This document shows, piece after piece, positions 1-10,118 of a stretch of 64,000 nt of DNA; the first letter of the stretch is position 1; every line of letters starts with the position of its first letter. Position numbers and translations under genes: made by a program. This DNA is from a plasmid: sequence record NZ_CP015284.1. One strand, given 5' to 3'. Under the pieces are notes generated by a model that saw only the letters and a program-made list of their open reading frames with translations, made no database searches and was not told the DNA's origin.

Positions 1-714
1 ATACGTTAAACTTGATGGCAATTCTATTTTGGATAGCGATGTCCCCTCAAAAGCTGATATTCCTATACTTTTTAGAGTACTTGGTAAAATTACTTCCTTT
101 AATTTCGAATTATTTTTAAAAGCATTATTATCTATAACAGTCATACCTTCTGGAATTTCAATACGTGAAGCACCACTGGCATTTAACTCTTCAAAATAAT
201 CTAATCGCTTTCTATTTTCTTCCTCAACTGTTTTTTCTACTCTACTATCCGAAGAATTAGTTAGAACTGATGCTCTGTCGTCACCTATTGAATTGTCTAA
301 GGTTCTATTTGCATCTTCTTTAGAAGTAATCTTATCTACAGAACTATTATTATTTGCTACTAGAGCGGTAACATCTTCTGAGGGTGATGATGTACCAGTC
401 TCCGGATTTACCTGTTCGGACACAGAAAAATTTGTTTTATGTTCTTCAGTGTCTATAGCCTTCTCTGAAGATGTTACTTCACTATTTGTATTAGAAGAGT
501 TTTCAATAGAATGCGGTAACACGACATCACTATACCCGGATGTTACTGTTTCAGTTACCGTACTGTTTTCAGTGATTGTAGGTACGTTATTTGAAGCCTC
601 ATCTGCAAACACAACTGAATTCCCAAATACCATGCAGGCACCAACTAAAACCGTCCCAGCAACAGTTACCCATTGACCTGTTCTGCGTTTTCTTAGTTTT
701 AAAACTTCTTTCAT
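1..714 (-). CDS. secreted surface protein, N-terminal part (signal peptide, Ser/Thr-rich region, LRR-like segment); gene runs off window start
   Basis: Minus-strand reading frame open to position 1. ATG at 712-714 is preceded by a GGAG RBS. N-terminus MKEVLKLRKRRTGQWVTVAGTVLVGACMVFGNSVVFA is a typical Gram-positive signal peptide. Absent from ORF track because there is no stop in the window; track ORF 293..676(+) is antisense to it. Confidence 0.55.
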   Translation of the reverse strand, partial: MKEVLKLRKRRTGQWVTVAGTVLVGACMVFGNSVVFADEASNNVPTITENSTVTETVTSGYSDVVLPHSIENSSNTNSEVTSSEKAIDTEEHKTNFSVSEQVNPETGTSSPSEDVTALVANNNSSVDKITSKEDANRTLDNSIGDDRASVLTNSSDSRVEKTVEEENRKRLDYFEELNASGASRIEIPEGMTVIDNNAFKNNSKLKEVILPSTLKSIGISAFEGTSLSKIELPSSLTY

Positions 715-1309
715 TCAAATATCTCCTATTGTAATAATATCCTTCAAGCTGCTCTTTGACTGTTCTTTTGATTATCAAATTGTTTTATTATTCTTCATAA
801 AATCTGTCTTAATACTCCTCTCCAGAAAAATCAGTGCTATACAAAGTAATGATTAAATCATTTGTCAAAAAAAACTATTCGAATTTGGACCACAACAATA
901 ATTATAATATGTATTAAATTACTGAAATAATGGTCACTATAACAAATAGATACTTATATCCAACAAAGACACGAATATCGGATGATAATTAATATTTGTC
1001 ATCACCTAAACTAATGCTTATACTTTGAAGTAGAACGTAACTAAATTGTTCTTCAACCTCTCACTACTAACAAATAAAATCAATCCATTTTTTGAAAGGT
1101 CGTAAAATTATGAAATATCTACATATAGCATCTACAAATTACACTGTATGTCTGAAATAATCTGATAATTTACACCTCTTTAGTATTTTAACATAATCCT
1201 ACTCTTTAAAATGAAGATTTCCATGAAAATTTTGTTTTTAGTAAGCGTTTACATTTCTTTTATCTATACATTTTAATGGTTTCTCATTATTTTTTTGAAT
1301 ATTAGGCAA

Positions 1310-1350
1310 AAAAAAGACAAACATTAGAAATTATGTTTGTCTTTTTTAGT
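1310..1350. terminator. bidirectional rho-independent terminator
   Basis: Hairpin aagacaaacat/atgtttgtctt flanked by A-run on one side and T-run on the other. Confidence 0.6.
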
Positions 1351-1408
1351 TAATGTCCAAACGCTTACGCTGATTCTTATTGTAGCATAAAACATTCTAT
1401 AGTCAATG

Positions 1409-2314
1409 TTAGTAATTACTTGTGGCTGTACCGTCTAAGTAGTTAATATTAGCATTCTTTGAAACGTTCTGAAGTGTGACCGAACTCACATTTCCATCAC
1501 TTGTTGCTAATCCTTCTTCTGATAGTTCAACTCCATACTGTGAACCATTTTCATCAAAGGACGTCCAGTAAAGCGTTACAGTTCTTGGAATTAGCTCATT
1601 GCCAGTATAGTTTGCAACAACACAATAATCTAAGTACATATTTGGGTTTTTCTTCAACCATTTGGCTAGTGCATTTTCGTAGTATAGCATACCGTTAGGA
1701 TTATTAGTATCCGTTTTACTATCAGACATCGTTCCTGCATTCAAATAGCGTGTCATAGGTACTAGATTTTTGATTTCAGAATTCAATCCAGAAAACTGAT
1801 AACCAATAAGATGGCCACGATTCATCAGATATGCTTTTTTAACTTTTCCAGACTCATCTTCGTACTTGAAACGATAGTTATGCCAACCGACTGGATCAAC
1901 ATTAATTTTACTTTCCCTATCATCTTGTGGTTTATCCGAATACTTTAGTCTGATGTGCCCATATGTTGCTCTACCAAGACTATCCAAATCTCCATTGACC
2001 ATTAGCTTATGGTTTTCAAAAGGCAATGGACTATAGTTAAAAGCATCAGACTTTCCACCACTTGTTTTAGAAGAACTGTTTCCTGTTTCCGAAGATTCTG
2101 ACTTGGGAATAAATTTCCCAAATAATTTTCCGACATCACTTGAATTGGCATGCTCTCCTTTACTAATAACATTAAAGCCACTAGATAAAATACCAGGTAC
2201 ATTAATTCCTTGGGACATACCATATCCAGCTATACAAAACATAACAACAATAGCTATCGGTATCCAAATCAGACTGCCAAGACAACCTCTTTTTTCATTG
2301 TTTTTTCTAAGCAT
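1409..2314 (-). CDS. membrane-anchored DNA/RNA non-specific endonuclease (EndA/streptodornase-like beta-beta-alpha-Me nuclease)
   Basis: 301 aa. N-terminal TM helix (LIWIPIAIVVMFCIAGYG). NRGHLIGYQFSG motif resembles the DRGH catalytic motif of DNA-entry/non-specific nucleases. Confidence 0.7.
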   Translation of the reverse strand: MLRKNNEKRGCLGSLIWIPIAIVVMFCIAGYGMSQGINVPGILSSGFNVISKGEHANSSDVGKLFGKFIPKSESSETGNSSSKTSGGKSDAFNYSPLPFENHKLMVNGDLDSLGRATYGHIRLKYSDKPQDDRESKINVDPVGWHNYRFKYEDESGKVKKAYLMNRGHLIGYQFSGLNSEIKNLVPMTRYLNAGTMSDSKTDTNNPNGMLYYENALAKWLKKNPNMYLDYCVVANYTGNELIPRTVTLYWTSFDENGSQYGVELSEEGLATSDGNVSSVTLQNVSKNANINYLDGTATSNY

Positions 2315-2432
2315 AAGACCTCCTTAATTCTCTATAAATTCATTATAGACTTAGGAGTCACTATTCGTAACCCAGTGACATAAAAAAGACCTTAAGTGGC
2401 CTTTTGACTAATCTGGAGATAAGTTCATACTA

Positions 2433-3416
2433 TCAATCAATAAATCTTATAAGGTGATTCTTATCTAAACTATATCCTTGTATTTCAGCAACTTTCTTAA
2501 TATCACCTGTCTCTTTATAAACAATAGAGGCGTGGCTGTCTTTTAAAATGCTAGGAGTTATTACCTTACCATAAGCATGTCCAATGTTCTTTGCCAAATG
2601 ACCTATTGTATTTCTCCCCATAGGCTTTTTCAACATGGTTAAAAATAATGACGGTATAGAAGGGTCTAAGTCCCAGCGTCCACGTCGTTCCTTAACAAAT
2701 GGAGCTATGTAAGGAATTGTGAAAGGAAGAAAACGGATAAATTGTTTCTCATTGTTCCTAACAACCCAAATTCCTTTTTTACGCATATCAATATCCCTAA
2801 CTGTCAAGTTAACAACTTCTTGTGTACTTGCTCCAGTACCAATTATGATTGCAAATATAGCAATATTTCGCTCTTTCTCGTTTTCCCAATTATCAGCCTT
2901 TTTCTGAGTTGGTAGAGTTGTAACATAACTGTTTGCCATGAAATCAAGTAGACCTTCTAGCTCTTGCTGCGTATACAAAATAGTATTCTTCTTTGATTCC
3001 GAATATATAATGTTATGGTAACTCTCTTTATAAACAATCTTCCATTCATCAAAAACGTTACGATAAAATAAAGGCATACCTCTCTCAACTGTAAAAGAGG
3101 TATTCGTAAGGAAACTCCAAAAAGCTGCTAAAGTATAGAGTATGAATCTTTTCCCTACTGGTTTCAGACGTAAATTTGCCAAATAATTTTGAACAAATTC
3201 TCGTGGTAATTTTTCTAAGTCTGTCAATGATAGGGAGGCACCCTCTTTATCAATCGTAATTGCATAGCTATTTAAAAATTTCTGGATCACTGACAAACGT
3301 TCAACCATTTTGGGAGAAGGCTCTTCGACATCTACTTGAAGGTAAGATATATACTCATCTATAATATCTGGTAATTGCCTTCTGAGTGCTAGATATTTAT
3401 CTTTCTGTTTTGACAT
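2433..3416 (-). CDS. XerS-like tyrosine-recombinase-fold protein, apparently catalytically degenerate
   Basis: By-eye alignment with the XerS at 52709..53782: FYRNV, NEKERNIAIFAIIIGTGASTQEVVNL vs NKERDLAVIALLLSTGVRLSELVNL, and PYI motifs. Arg I replaced (GTGAS vs STGVR). Box II reads SILKDSHAS instead of HKLRHTLAT. No C-terminal catalytic Tyr (ends ...NHLIRFID vs ...VEVYAHV). Confidence 0.6.
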   Translation of the reverse strand: MSKQKDKYLALRRQLPDIIDEYISYLQVDVEEPSPKMVERLSVIQKFLNSYAITIDKEGASLSLTDLEKLPREFVQNYLANLRLKPVGKRFILYTLAAFWSFLTNTSFTVERGMPLFYRNVFDEWKIVYKESYHNIIYSESKKNTILYTQQELEGLLDFMANSYVTTLPTQKKADNWENEKERNIAIFAIIIGTGASTQEVVNLTVRDIDMRKKGIWVVRNNEKQFIRFLPFTIPYIAPFVKERRGRWDLDPSIPSLFLTMLKKPMGRNTIGHLAKNIGHAYGKVITPSILKDSHASIVYKETGDIKKVAEIQGYSLDKNHLIRFID

Positions 3417-3552
3417 AATTCTCCTCCTCTCAATAATGATAGCAATTAACTACAGGTTTACCACTACTTATTTTTAAACCTATTATATCATACAAGATTG
3501 CATGTTGATTTTAGATTTAACTAGTATAAAAAATCTCTAAAACAAAATAGCG

Positions 3553-3580
3553 ATACATCGTGTATCGCTATTATATATAT
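3553..3580. promoter_or_regulatory. near-perfect palindrome atagcgataca-n5-tgtatcgctat (dif-like two-arm site candidate)
   Basis: 11-bp inverted arms between rep and the XerS-like gene. Core CGATACA/TGTATCG recurs in the 7.1-8.0 kb repeat field and at 10090-10100. Confidence 0.45.
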
Positions 3581-3607
3581 AATCTATCTACAAAAATACA
3601 TCTGAAG

Positions 3608-5071
3608 TTATACTTTAAAATAATCAAGTATCTCAGTCAAGAGTTGTTCTCTTGTCTCTTCAAAGTGGCTATCAGACAGTGACTCTAAACCTTTATCTTT
3701 AAGTTCCCACAGCTTCTCTTGCAACAGTTTCTCTGCTAAATGTTTAATATCCGCCTTGTTATCTTCGTCAGGCGTCTTTGAGAGTTCTATTTTAATTGCT
3801 GATTTAACTGCTACTACTACTAGTCCTAAACGGTCTTTTTCATCCGTTCCATTTTCATAGTTTGGCTCAGACCAGTCTGGAACATTTGAAGGACGATTAT
3901 CCTTATTAGTTGGATGACTATCTCTCAAATCTGAAAGTTTTGTGTACCCTGCTACTTCCCATTTATTGAGCAACGTTCTTGTCCAACCGAAAGTACGGTT
4001 TGCATCACTTCCTGTTCTTTCCAACGCCTCAATAACTAGTTCATGGTCCATTGTTTCAAGCCAACGTTTGAGTTGATTTTTATTATTGTAGTTGTCAGCC
4101 TTGCTCCCTTTAGGAAAAACAGTGTAGAATTTCTCCATCACGATAGCCATCTTACGTTTGAAGTCTAACTCCTTCTTCTTCTCAAAGGTAATGACTTTAT
4201 CGTTTGTTGCAACAATACGTCTCAAATCGTCATCGAACGGTTTAAACCTAAATATATAGTGGGTAATTGATTTTCCTTTTTTGATTCGCTCTACTGTCAA
4301 ATCTTGTATTACAGGAAGGCCATGCTCATCAACTAATAGCGTATTGATTTCATCCATTGCTTGCTGCAGCTTAGTACCTTTCGAACGAAGTAAACTTGGA
4401 CTATCCAAGATCAAAACTTCTTGCTCTAGTTCTTCAGCTGTATCTTTTACAAAACCTGTTTTACGCCAGTCTGCTAGATGTCTAAATAATCGTTTAGAAT
4501 ACTTACTCTTCAATAGGTTATGGTAGTCACGTCCATACTGAATGTACTTAGCTTTTTTACCCCACTCTGGGTTGTTAAAAAGGTCTTTAACTGTACGCCT
4601 GACCGCTACTTTTACTTTTGTTCCATCTTCTGTAGTTACTTCATCATATTCAGTATATTCCGCATCAGACAGGTGGATTTTAATGAGTTTGTTTTCGTGG
4701 TCTACTCTAAAGGTCTTGAACAGTGGGATGGAGGTGTAAGAGACAACCTTACCATCGACAACCTTTTCGGGATGTCGATATACAATTTTAGTCATTCTTT
4801 CCTCTAGTTCCTCAACTGTAGTTTCAAATCGCTTACCAGTCCTAGGAACAATTTTTTGTTCCCTAGAACTGTAAAATGTATTTCCTGCTAGCATTGCCAG
4901 ACTCGAATAAGAAAATATTGCTGCTTCGTTTTCATCATAAACATCTCGCAACTCACCAAATATAGAGTAAATCATATTTTCTTGAAGAGGAGAAAGGTCG
5001 CCAAGTTGGAACATTTGGGTAAACTTATTATCATATTTGATGATTTCTCTGAACTCTCTATTCTCTACCAA
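3608..5071 (-). CDS. theta-type replication initiator (Rep_3-like N-terminal region fused to DnaD-like C-terminal domain)
   Basis: 487 aa. C-terminal NKNQLKRWLETMDHELVIEALERTGSDANRTFGWTRTLLNKWEVAGY resembles DnaD/replisome-organiser domains. Iteron array lies immediately upstream. Confidence 0.55.
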   Translation of the reverse strand: MVENREFREIIKYDNKFTQMFQLGDLSPLQENMIYSIFGELRDVYDENEAAIFSYSSLAMLAGNTFYSSREQKIVPRTGKRFETTVEELEERMTKIVYRHPEKVVDGKVVSYTSIPLFKTFRVDHENKLIKIHLSDAEYTEYDEVTTEDGTKVKVAVRRTVKDLFNNPEWGKKAKYIQYGRDYHNLLKSKYSKRLFRHLADWRKTGFVKDTAEELEQEVLILDSPSLLRSKGTKLQQAMDEINTLLVDEHGLPVIQDLTVERIKKGKSITHYIFRFKPFDDDLRRIVATNDKVITFEKKKELDFKRKMAIVMEKFYTVFPKGSKADNYNNKNQLKRWLETMDHELVIEALERTGSDANRTFGWTRTLLNKWEVAGYTKLSDLRDSHPTNKDNRPSNVPDWSEPNYENGTDEKDRLGLVVVAVKSAIKIELSKTPDEDNKADIKHLAEKLLQEKLWELKDKGLESLSDSHFEETREQLLTEILDYFKV

Positions 5072-5184
5072 ACGCTTCTACCTCTCTTAGTTCATTCATC
5101 ATACATTTTGGTTGTATTTTAAATAAAAGTAATTATTTTACTACAAGCTAATTACTTACTGCAATATGTGACAGGGTATAAAAA

Positions 5185-5495
5185 TATTAATTTACAACCC
5201 TTTTGTATGATATTATATCATTAATATTCTGATTTTCATAGTATTTTTTAAAATTTACAACCATTTTGTAGGATATACCTGCAATTTTATATGACACACA
5301 TGCATTTTTGTAGACTTAACATACAACTTTATAGGATATACATACCGTTTTGTAGGATACGCCTACAATTTTATATGACATACATACATTTTTGTAGACT
5401 TAACATACAACTTTGTGTGACTTTCATGCAAAGTTATATGATATACCTACCAATTTGTAGGATATACATACAATTTTATATGATAAAGGTAGGCT
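5185..5495. repeat. iteron array / putative replication origin (about ten tandem 21-22 bp units TTTTRTAGGATAYAC...)
   Basis: Visible tandem units ttttgtaggatatacctgcaa / ttttatatgacacacatgcat / ttttgtagacttaacatacaac repeated, with an AT-rich tract 5170-5260. A further single copy lies at about 5700-5730. Track ORF 5291..5506 is an artefact of this array. Confidence 0.6.
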
Positions 5496-5733
5496 TAGCT
5501 CAGTAATAGCAAGGGGTTCAGGAGTTCTACTACTTAAACTATAATTAACTACTTAGTTACTATTATTAACCACTTAATACTACTTAATACTATTTAAACT
5601 ATTATTACTAAATGTTCTTAATCATAATTGAAACCATAAAATAAAAAAAATTCTTTAAAAAAGATACAACTCATATAAAGAATAAAAAGTGTAGAAATAC
5701 CTACACTTTTGTATGATATAACATAAAGTTTTC

Positions 5734-6258
5734 CTACTTAAAGCTCATCTCAGTTTCTACTAATGTGTTAAACAACTCCTTTTGTTCTGGATCTAGAAGT
5801 TGGTACACATGGTCTAACATTTCAGTGAATAGCTTATCAGAACCACCGCGTTTAGGATAATTGCCATTTTCTCCTTTAAGGTCTTTTTTGTTTAAAACAG
5901 CTCTTAATGCAGAAAAACGTGACATTGATAATTGTGTCATATTGAGATTTGCACGTGATTTTTCTTCCACTGTTTTAGCTGGTTCCAGTTTTGTAGGAAG
6001 TTTATTTTTTTCTTTTTTCTGAGTGACATCGTTTACTTTTTTAGGGGCAACAGCAGCTTTTTTTGGTTCTACACTTTCTTCAGTTAGATAAGCAATATCA
6101 TGCTTTTCCTTAAGTTTATCAATTACTACTTCTTCAATTTCTTTCCCTTTAAAAAAGCGTTCAAATAATTCTTTAGCTGCTGTTCGGTCATTTGATTCAA
6201 CAGCCGTTAAAAGGTTATTAAAATTTCTTTGTTGGATTGTATTAAGCTTTTTCGCCAT
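5734..6258 (-). CDS. partition protein, putative centromere-binding partner of ParA
   Basis: Overlaps the parA stop by 17 nt. GGAG RBS 7 nt before ATG at 6258 (MAKKLNT...). Lys/Glu-rich, 174 aa. Function inferred from position only. Confidence 0.4.
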   Translation of the reverse strand: MAKKLNTIQQRNFNNLLTAVESNDRTAAKELFERFFKGKEIEEVVIDKLKEKHDIAYLTEESVEPKKAAVAPKKVNDVTQKKEKNKLPTKLEPAKTVEEKSRANLNMTQLSMSRFSALRAVLNKKDLKGENGNYPKRGGSDKLFTEMLDHVYQLLDPEQKELFNTLVETEMSFK

Positions 6259-7072
6259 TGTGTTCTCCAATCGTCTTAATTAGTTCTTTCATAACATTTG
6301 TGATTTGTTTTTTAGGGATGCTATAGCCACTATTTCTGAAAACATTTGCTTGATTAGCAATCATATCTTTGTATTGTTTATTATTAAACAAGTATTGGTC
6401 AAAAACCTTGGTATTATGCTCTTCAGCAATTTCTTCAAGAGTTGCTACTGCTTCTCTTGCTTTGATTTGTTTAATTGATTTTTTACCAAAGCCTGGCCCT
6501 TTATCAACCTGAGTTATAACGATTCCAGCTATAACAATATCAATTCCAAAGAAAGAGAACCCTTCTTGAACAGCTTCAATATCTTCGATTGTATCTTTTA
6601 CACCTTCAATACCAAACTTATCAGGTGTTGTAGGAATAAGAACGAAAACTTTCGAATTTGTAAAAAGAGAACTTGTTGTAGAAACACCAAAAAAAGGAGG
6701 TGTATCAAAAAGTACAAAATCGTAATAGTCATTGATATCTTGTACAACATTTCTTAAACGAAAATCTCTATCTTTTAGTCCTGATGCTTCACTCTCCCAG
6801 TTTTTCATAAGCTTACTTCCAGGAAGCAAATCATAACCGTCAACTGGCACAATGGCATCAGCTACTTCTACTTCTTTTTTTAGTACATCATAAATTCCTT
6901 TATGTTCTTCTTCGTTTACTCCTGCCGCTGTAGTAAGATTGCATTGACCATCAAGATCTCCTGCACAAGTTTTATAGCCAGCGTCTCCTAGAGCTTGAGC
7001 CAGTAATACAGTTAAAGTTGTTTTTGAGGCTCCTCCTTTCTCGTCCATCATTATGACTGTATTTGCAACCAT
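6242..7072 (-). CDS. parA: ParA/Soj-family partition ATPase
   Basis: Deviant Walker A MMDEKGGASKTT. GGAG RBS before ATG at 7072 (MVANT...). Track ORF begins 15 nt further upstream. Confidence 0.85.
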   Translation of the reverse strand: MVANTVIMMDEKGGASKTTLTVLLAQALGDAGYKTCAGDLDGQCNLTTAAGVNEEEHKGIYDVLKKEVEVADAIVPVDGYDLLPGSKLMKNWESEASGLKDRDFRLRNVVQDINDYYDFVLFDTPPFFGVSTTSSLFTNSKVFVLIPTTPDKFGIEGVKDTIEDIEAVQEGFSFFGIDIVIAGIVITQVDKGPGFGKKSIKQIKAREAVATLEEIAEEHNTKVFDQYLFNNKQYKDMIANQANVFRNSGYSIPKKQITNVMKELIKTIGEHNGEKA

Positions 7073-7089
7073 AGAAACTCCTTTCAATC

Positions 7090-8230
7090 CATTATGTACG
7101 ATACACTATGTATAACAAAACGATACATATTATTAACTATTTAAAGTATACCATATAGAAATCTAATAGCAAGTATTATGTAAGATATATCGTAAATAAT
7201 ACAATATACACTATGTATAGCTTATAATGGATTATTGATAATAAGCGTGTTACGCATTAGCTAATACATAGTGTATCGTTTACAATATACTATTTAAAAA
7301 GAAAGCATATGACATATCAAAACTAGACAAGAATAAAACACGATACATTATATAAAATAAACGATGTATCTTATAGATATATAAGATACATATGGTAATG
7401 ATAGATAGGATATATTACTATATTCAAGTTTCCTTCAAGCATTACACATTACACTATACATAACATCACTATATATAGTGTAGTGTAAAAAAGAAATTGC
7501 ACTTTTTTAGTGTACTATAGACGATGTAATATATATCGTTAAATGATATATTGCTAAGTATTATATAGTATACCTTTCATACACTCCTTTATTATAATAA
7601 AGGAGAATATTTTTATTACAACACGATACATAATACATTATGTAGTGTGAATAATATATAGCTTTTGTATTTATCGTATATAGTAGGTAATATACGATAC
7701 ATTATTATAGTGTACTATAGACGATGTAAGATATATTGTTAAATAATGTATTGCTAGGTATTATATCGTATATCTTTCATCCATTCCCTTAATATACTAA
7801 ATAAGAATAGTTGTATTATAATACGTTACACGATACATTATGTAATGTGAATATTGTATAGTACTATCTGTTATCGTATATAATAGATAATATAAGATAT
7901 ATATTGTACGATACATTAAAGAACTATATATGATTATGTTCTTATTGGGTTATAAGTTATATTTAAAATTAGTATAAATGTTGTTCTATGTTGTTTACGA
8001 TACAAGATACATAGTTTAACAATGTATCTTGTATTCCTTTATGATGTTTGACACTTCGCTTATTACGATTGGCGAACTATACATAATGTGTTGTAAACAT
8101 ATAGATTATGTATAGTATATAATGTAATGAAAAATAGTATATATAGTTATAATTTCGAATAACGATAAACTTGTAATGTTAGTAGCTCTTTGCTATACTA
8201 AAGTCATAAATAATTATATTTATATTTTCA
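7090..8230. repeat. AT-rich centromere/promoter-like repeat field with recurring CGATACA/TGTATCG motifs and two about 155-bp direct repeats (7508-7662, 7709-7866)
   Basis: Direct repeat units beginning tagtgtactatagacgatgtaa..., about 80 percent identical. More than 10 copies of acgatacat or its reverse complement. Upstream of the parAB operon. Confidence 0.5.
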
Positions 8231-8239
8231 CCACCTCAA

Positions 8240-8725
8240 ATGGTGAACCTTTGGTCACGTGACTAAAGAAAAGAGAAGCATGGAGGAGGATATGTCATTA
8301 CTGGTTCTGTCCCAGCAATAGGCATACCATGTTTTATAATGGGTTAAAAGGGAGCGTACTCGCTTTTAGCTATCAGTTAAGTCATCAGACAGAAGAAGAG
8401 GCTTAACGCTTATAACAGGTACGAGAAATTGCTTTTCTGACTTTGAAAGGCTACAACAAACGTTATTAGCAACTAAGCATAACGAGAAGTTTATCCTATG
8501 GTTTGCCATAGGCACGCGCAACCTTGTTTTTTGAGACAAGGCTTGCCGGCTTCTTTGTTATGCTTTTTTTGTTTTGAGTTTGGGTAGACAGACAAAAAAG
8601 GGAGGCGACATCTCGATGATTAGAGGTGAGGAACAGGTGTTCCCAACTCTAACTTGTCGGCATACGGAGGAAGGGCTACGAATCAGTATTCGAGGCTTTC
8701 CAAGGTCACTTTACAACAACAATTT
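8240..8725. other. GC-richer structured non-coding segment (candidate oriT/sso or ncRNA)
   Basis: No ORF over 60 aa. Multiple stem-loops (e.g. ccttgttttttgagacaagg, tggtttgccataggc). Distinctly higher GC than flanks. Sits between the partition locus and the primase operon. Confidence 0.3.
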
Positions 8726-8739
8726 TTAAGGAGAAAAAA

Positions 8740-10065
8740 ATGACAAAATTAATCACTATTGGAAATCAAGAGTTAATTCGTGTTGGGCGAGATTACCCTT
8801 GTCCTATTTGTGGGAAACCAGATTGGTGTTTGTTGTTCGCAGATCAATCTAAAGCAGTTTGTGCAAGAAAAATTGACCCAGACAAACCACAATTTGGTAG
8901 TGCTGGGACAATTTATGAATTGGACCCTAAAAAAGCGAAAGAGGTGACTTTTGAACCAAGTTGGAAAAGTCAGCCTTTGGCAAGTATCTCAACACTTCAC
9001 AAGGTAAATTCTCTTGTGATTGATGTGTTAGGATTGACTAAGGAACATGTCGAGCACTTAACAAGTGCGGAACGAGGTCTTTCTGTTGAGACCATTGCAC
9101 TGCGTGGTTACGCTTCATCAACAAAGCAAACACGTCAGAAGCAGGTTGATACAACAGTATCTCATCCAGCAACTATTTGGGAAAAGCTCTTTGTTGCTAA
9201 TGGGCTTCCTAAAGATGCATGGCGTGGAGTGCCTGGCTTCTACTGGAATGAAAACGCAAAATGTCCTATTTTTGAATCAAAAGATGGAATTCTAATTCCA
9301 TGTCGCAATTCTTGGGGACAAATTGTAGGTTTTCAAGTACGTCTTGATAACGTTAGTTATCAAGCCAAAGTAAACGAAGCCTTTCAAGAGGGACGAAATG
9401 CACGTACTGCTAAGGTCTTCCAAAATGACGACGGAAGTTTCGATTGGTATGTGTTTGCTAAAGGTTCATCACACGAACTAGCAAGTGGGACAACTAAGGA
9501 AACTAGTGTTAAACTTCGTTCTGGACTTGAGTTGACATTTAAAAAAGGGCAAAAATATGTCTTTGTTTCGTCAGCATATAAACCAGAAGGAACGAGTGCT
9601 AAGTCCTTTCCCCATTTTGCTTATTCTGATGAAGTCTTAGAACAAGCACGCTTTTCTGAAGAAGGTAAGGCAAAAGTCAATCTTATGAGTAAGGTTGATA
9701 ACCTTCTAGTTACTGAAGGTCTGCTTAAAGGAGATATCACCGCGTCAGTTGCGAAAAACACTCGTCTTTCTCAATTGGGGAATATCTGTGTTATCTCTAT
9801 GGCAGGAGTAGCAGCATGGCGTCCTATCTCGGACTTTATCGGAAAGACTGAACTCAAAAAGGTTAAACCAATTTATCTTGCATTTGACCAAGACTTTGAG
9901 GATAATGACTCGGTATTTGAACGCATGTATGACATGGTTCAAGATCTAGTTACTAAGCAGTCTTGTACGGTTCGTGCTCTAATCTGGCCTCGCGAAAAGG
10001 GAATTGATGATTTCCTTTTGAAAGCATCCCCAGAAGAAAAGATTAAGTTTAAAACTTATCAATGA
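8740..10065 (+). CDS. plasmid/ICE-type DNA primase-like protein (N-terminal zinc ribbon + C-terminal TOPRIM/DUF3854-like domain)
   Basis: CPICGKPDWC zinc-binding motif. TOPRIM signature LLVTEG...IYLAFDQDFEDND (Glu + DxD). Confidence 0.55.
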   Translation: MTKLITIGNQELIRVGRDYPCPICGKPDWCLLFADQSKAVCARKIDPDKPQFGSAGTIYELDPKKAKEVTFEPSWKSQPLASISTLHKVNSLVIDVLGLTKEHVEHLTSAERGLSVETIALRGYASSTKQTRQKQVDTTVSHPATIWEKLFVANGLPKDAWRGVPGFYWNENAKCPIFESKDGILIPCRNSWGQIVGFQVRLDNVSYQAKVNEAFQEGRNARTAKVFQNDDGSFDWYVFAKGSSHELASGTTKETSVKLRSGLELTFKKGQKYVFVSSAYKPEGTSAKSFPHFAYSDEVLEQARFSEEGKAKVNLMSKVDNLLVTEGLLKGDITASVAKNTRLSQLGNICVISMAGVAAWRPISDFIGKTELKKVKPIYLAFDQDFEDNDSVFERMYDMVQDLVTKQSCTVRALIWPREKGIDDFLLKASPEEKIKFKTYQ

Positions 10066-10118
10066 TATAACGCAATATATAGTATGATATACATCGTATA
10101 TCGTACATATAAGAGAAA

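Noticed and set aside
293-676. Track ORF 293..676(+)
   Set aside because: It lies antisense within the better-supported minus-strand signal-peptide surface-protein gene (1..714), has no RBS and a low-complexity translation.
5291-5506. Track ORF 5291..5506(+) (MTHMHFCRLNIQLYRIY...)
   Set aside because: The repetitive translation is produced by the iteron array. It has no RBS and is an artefact of tandem DNA repeats.
7090-8230. Possible CRISPR array suggested by the many short repeats
   Set aside because: Repeats are irregular in length and spacing, AT-rich and partly palindromic (CGATACA/TGTATCG), with two long 155-bp direct repeats. There are no cas genes. This is more consistent with a partition centromere or promoter region.
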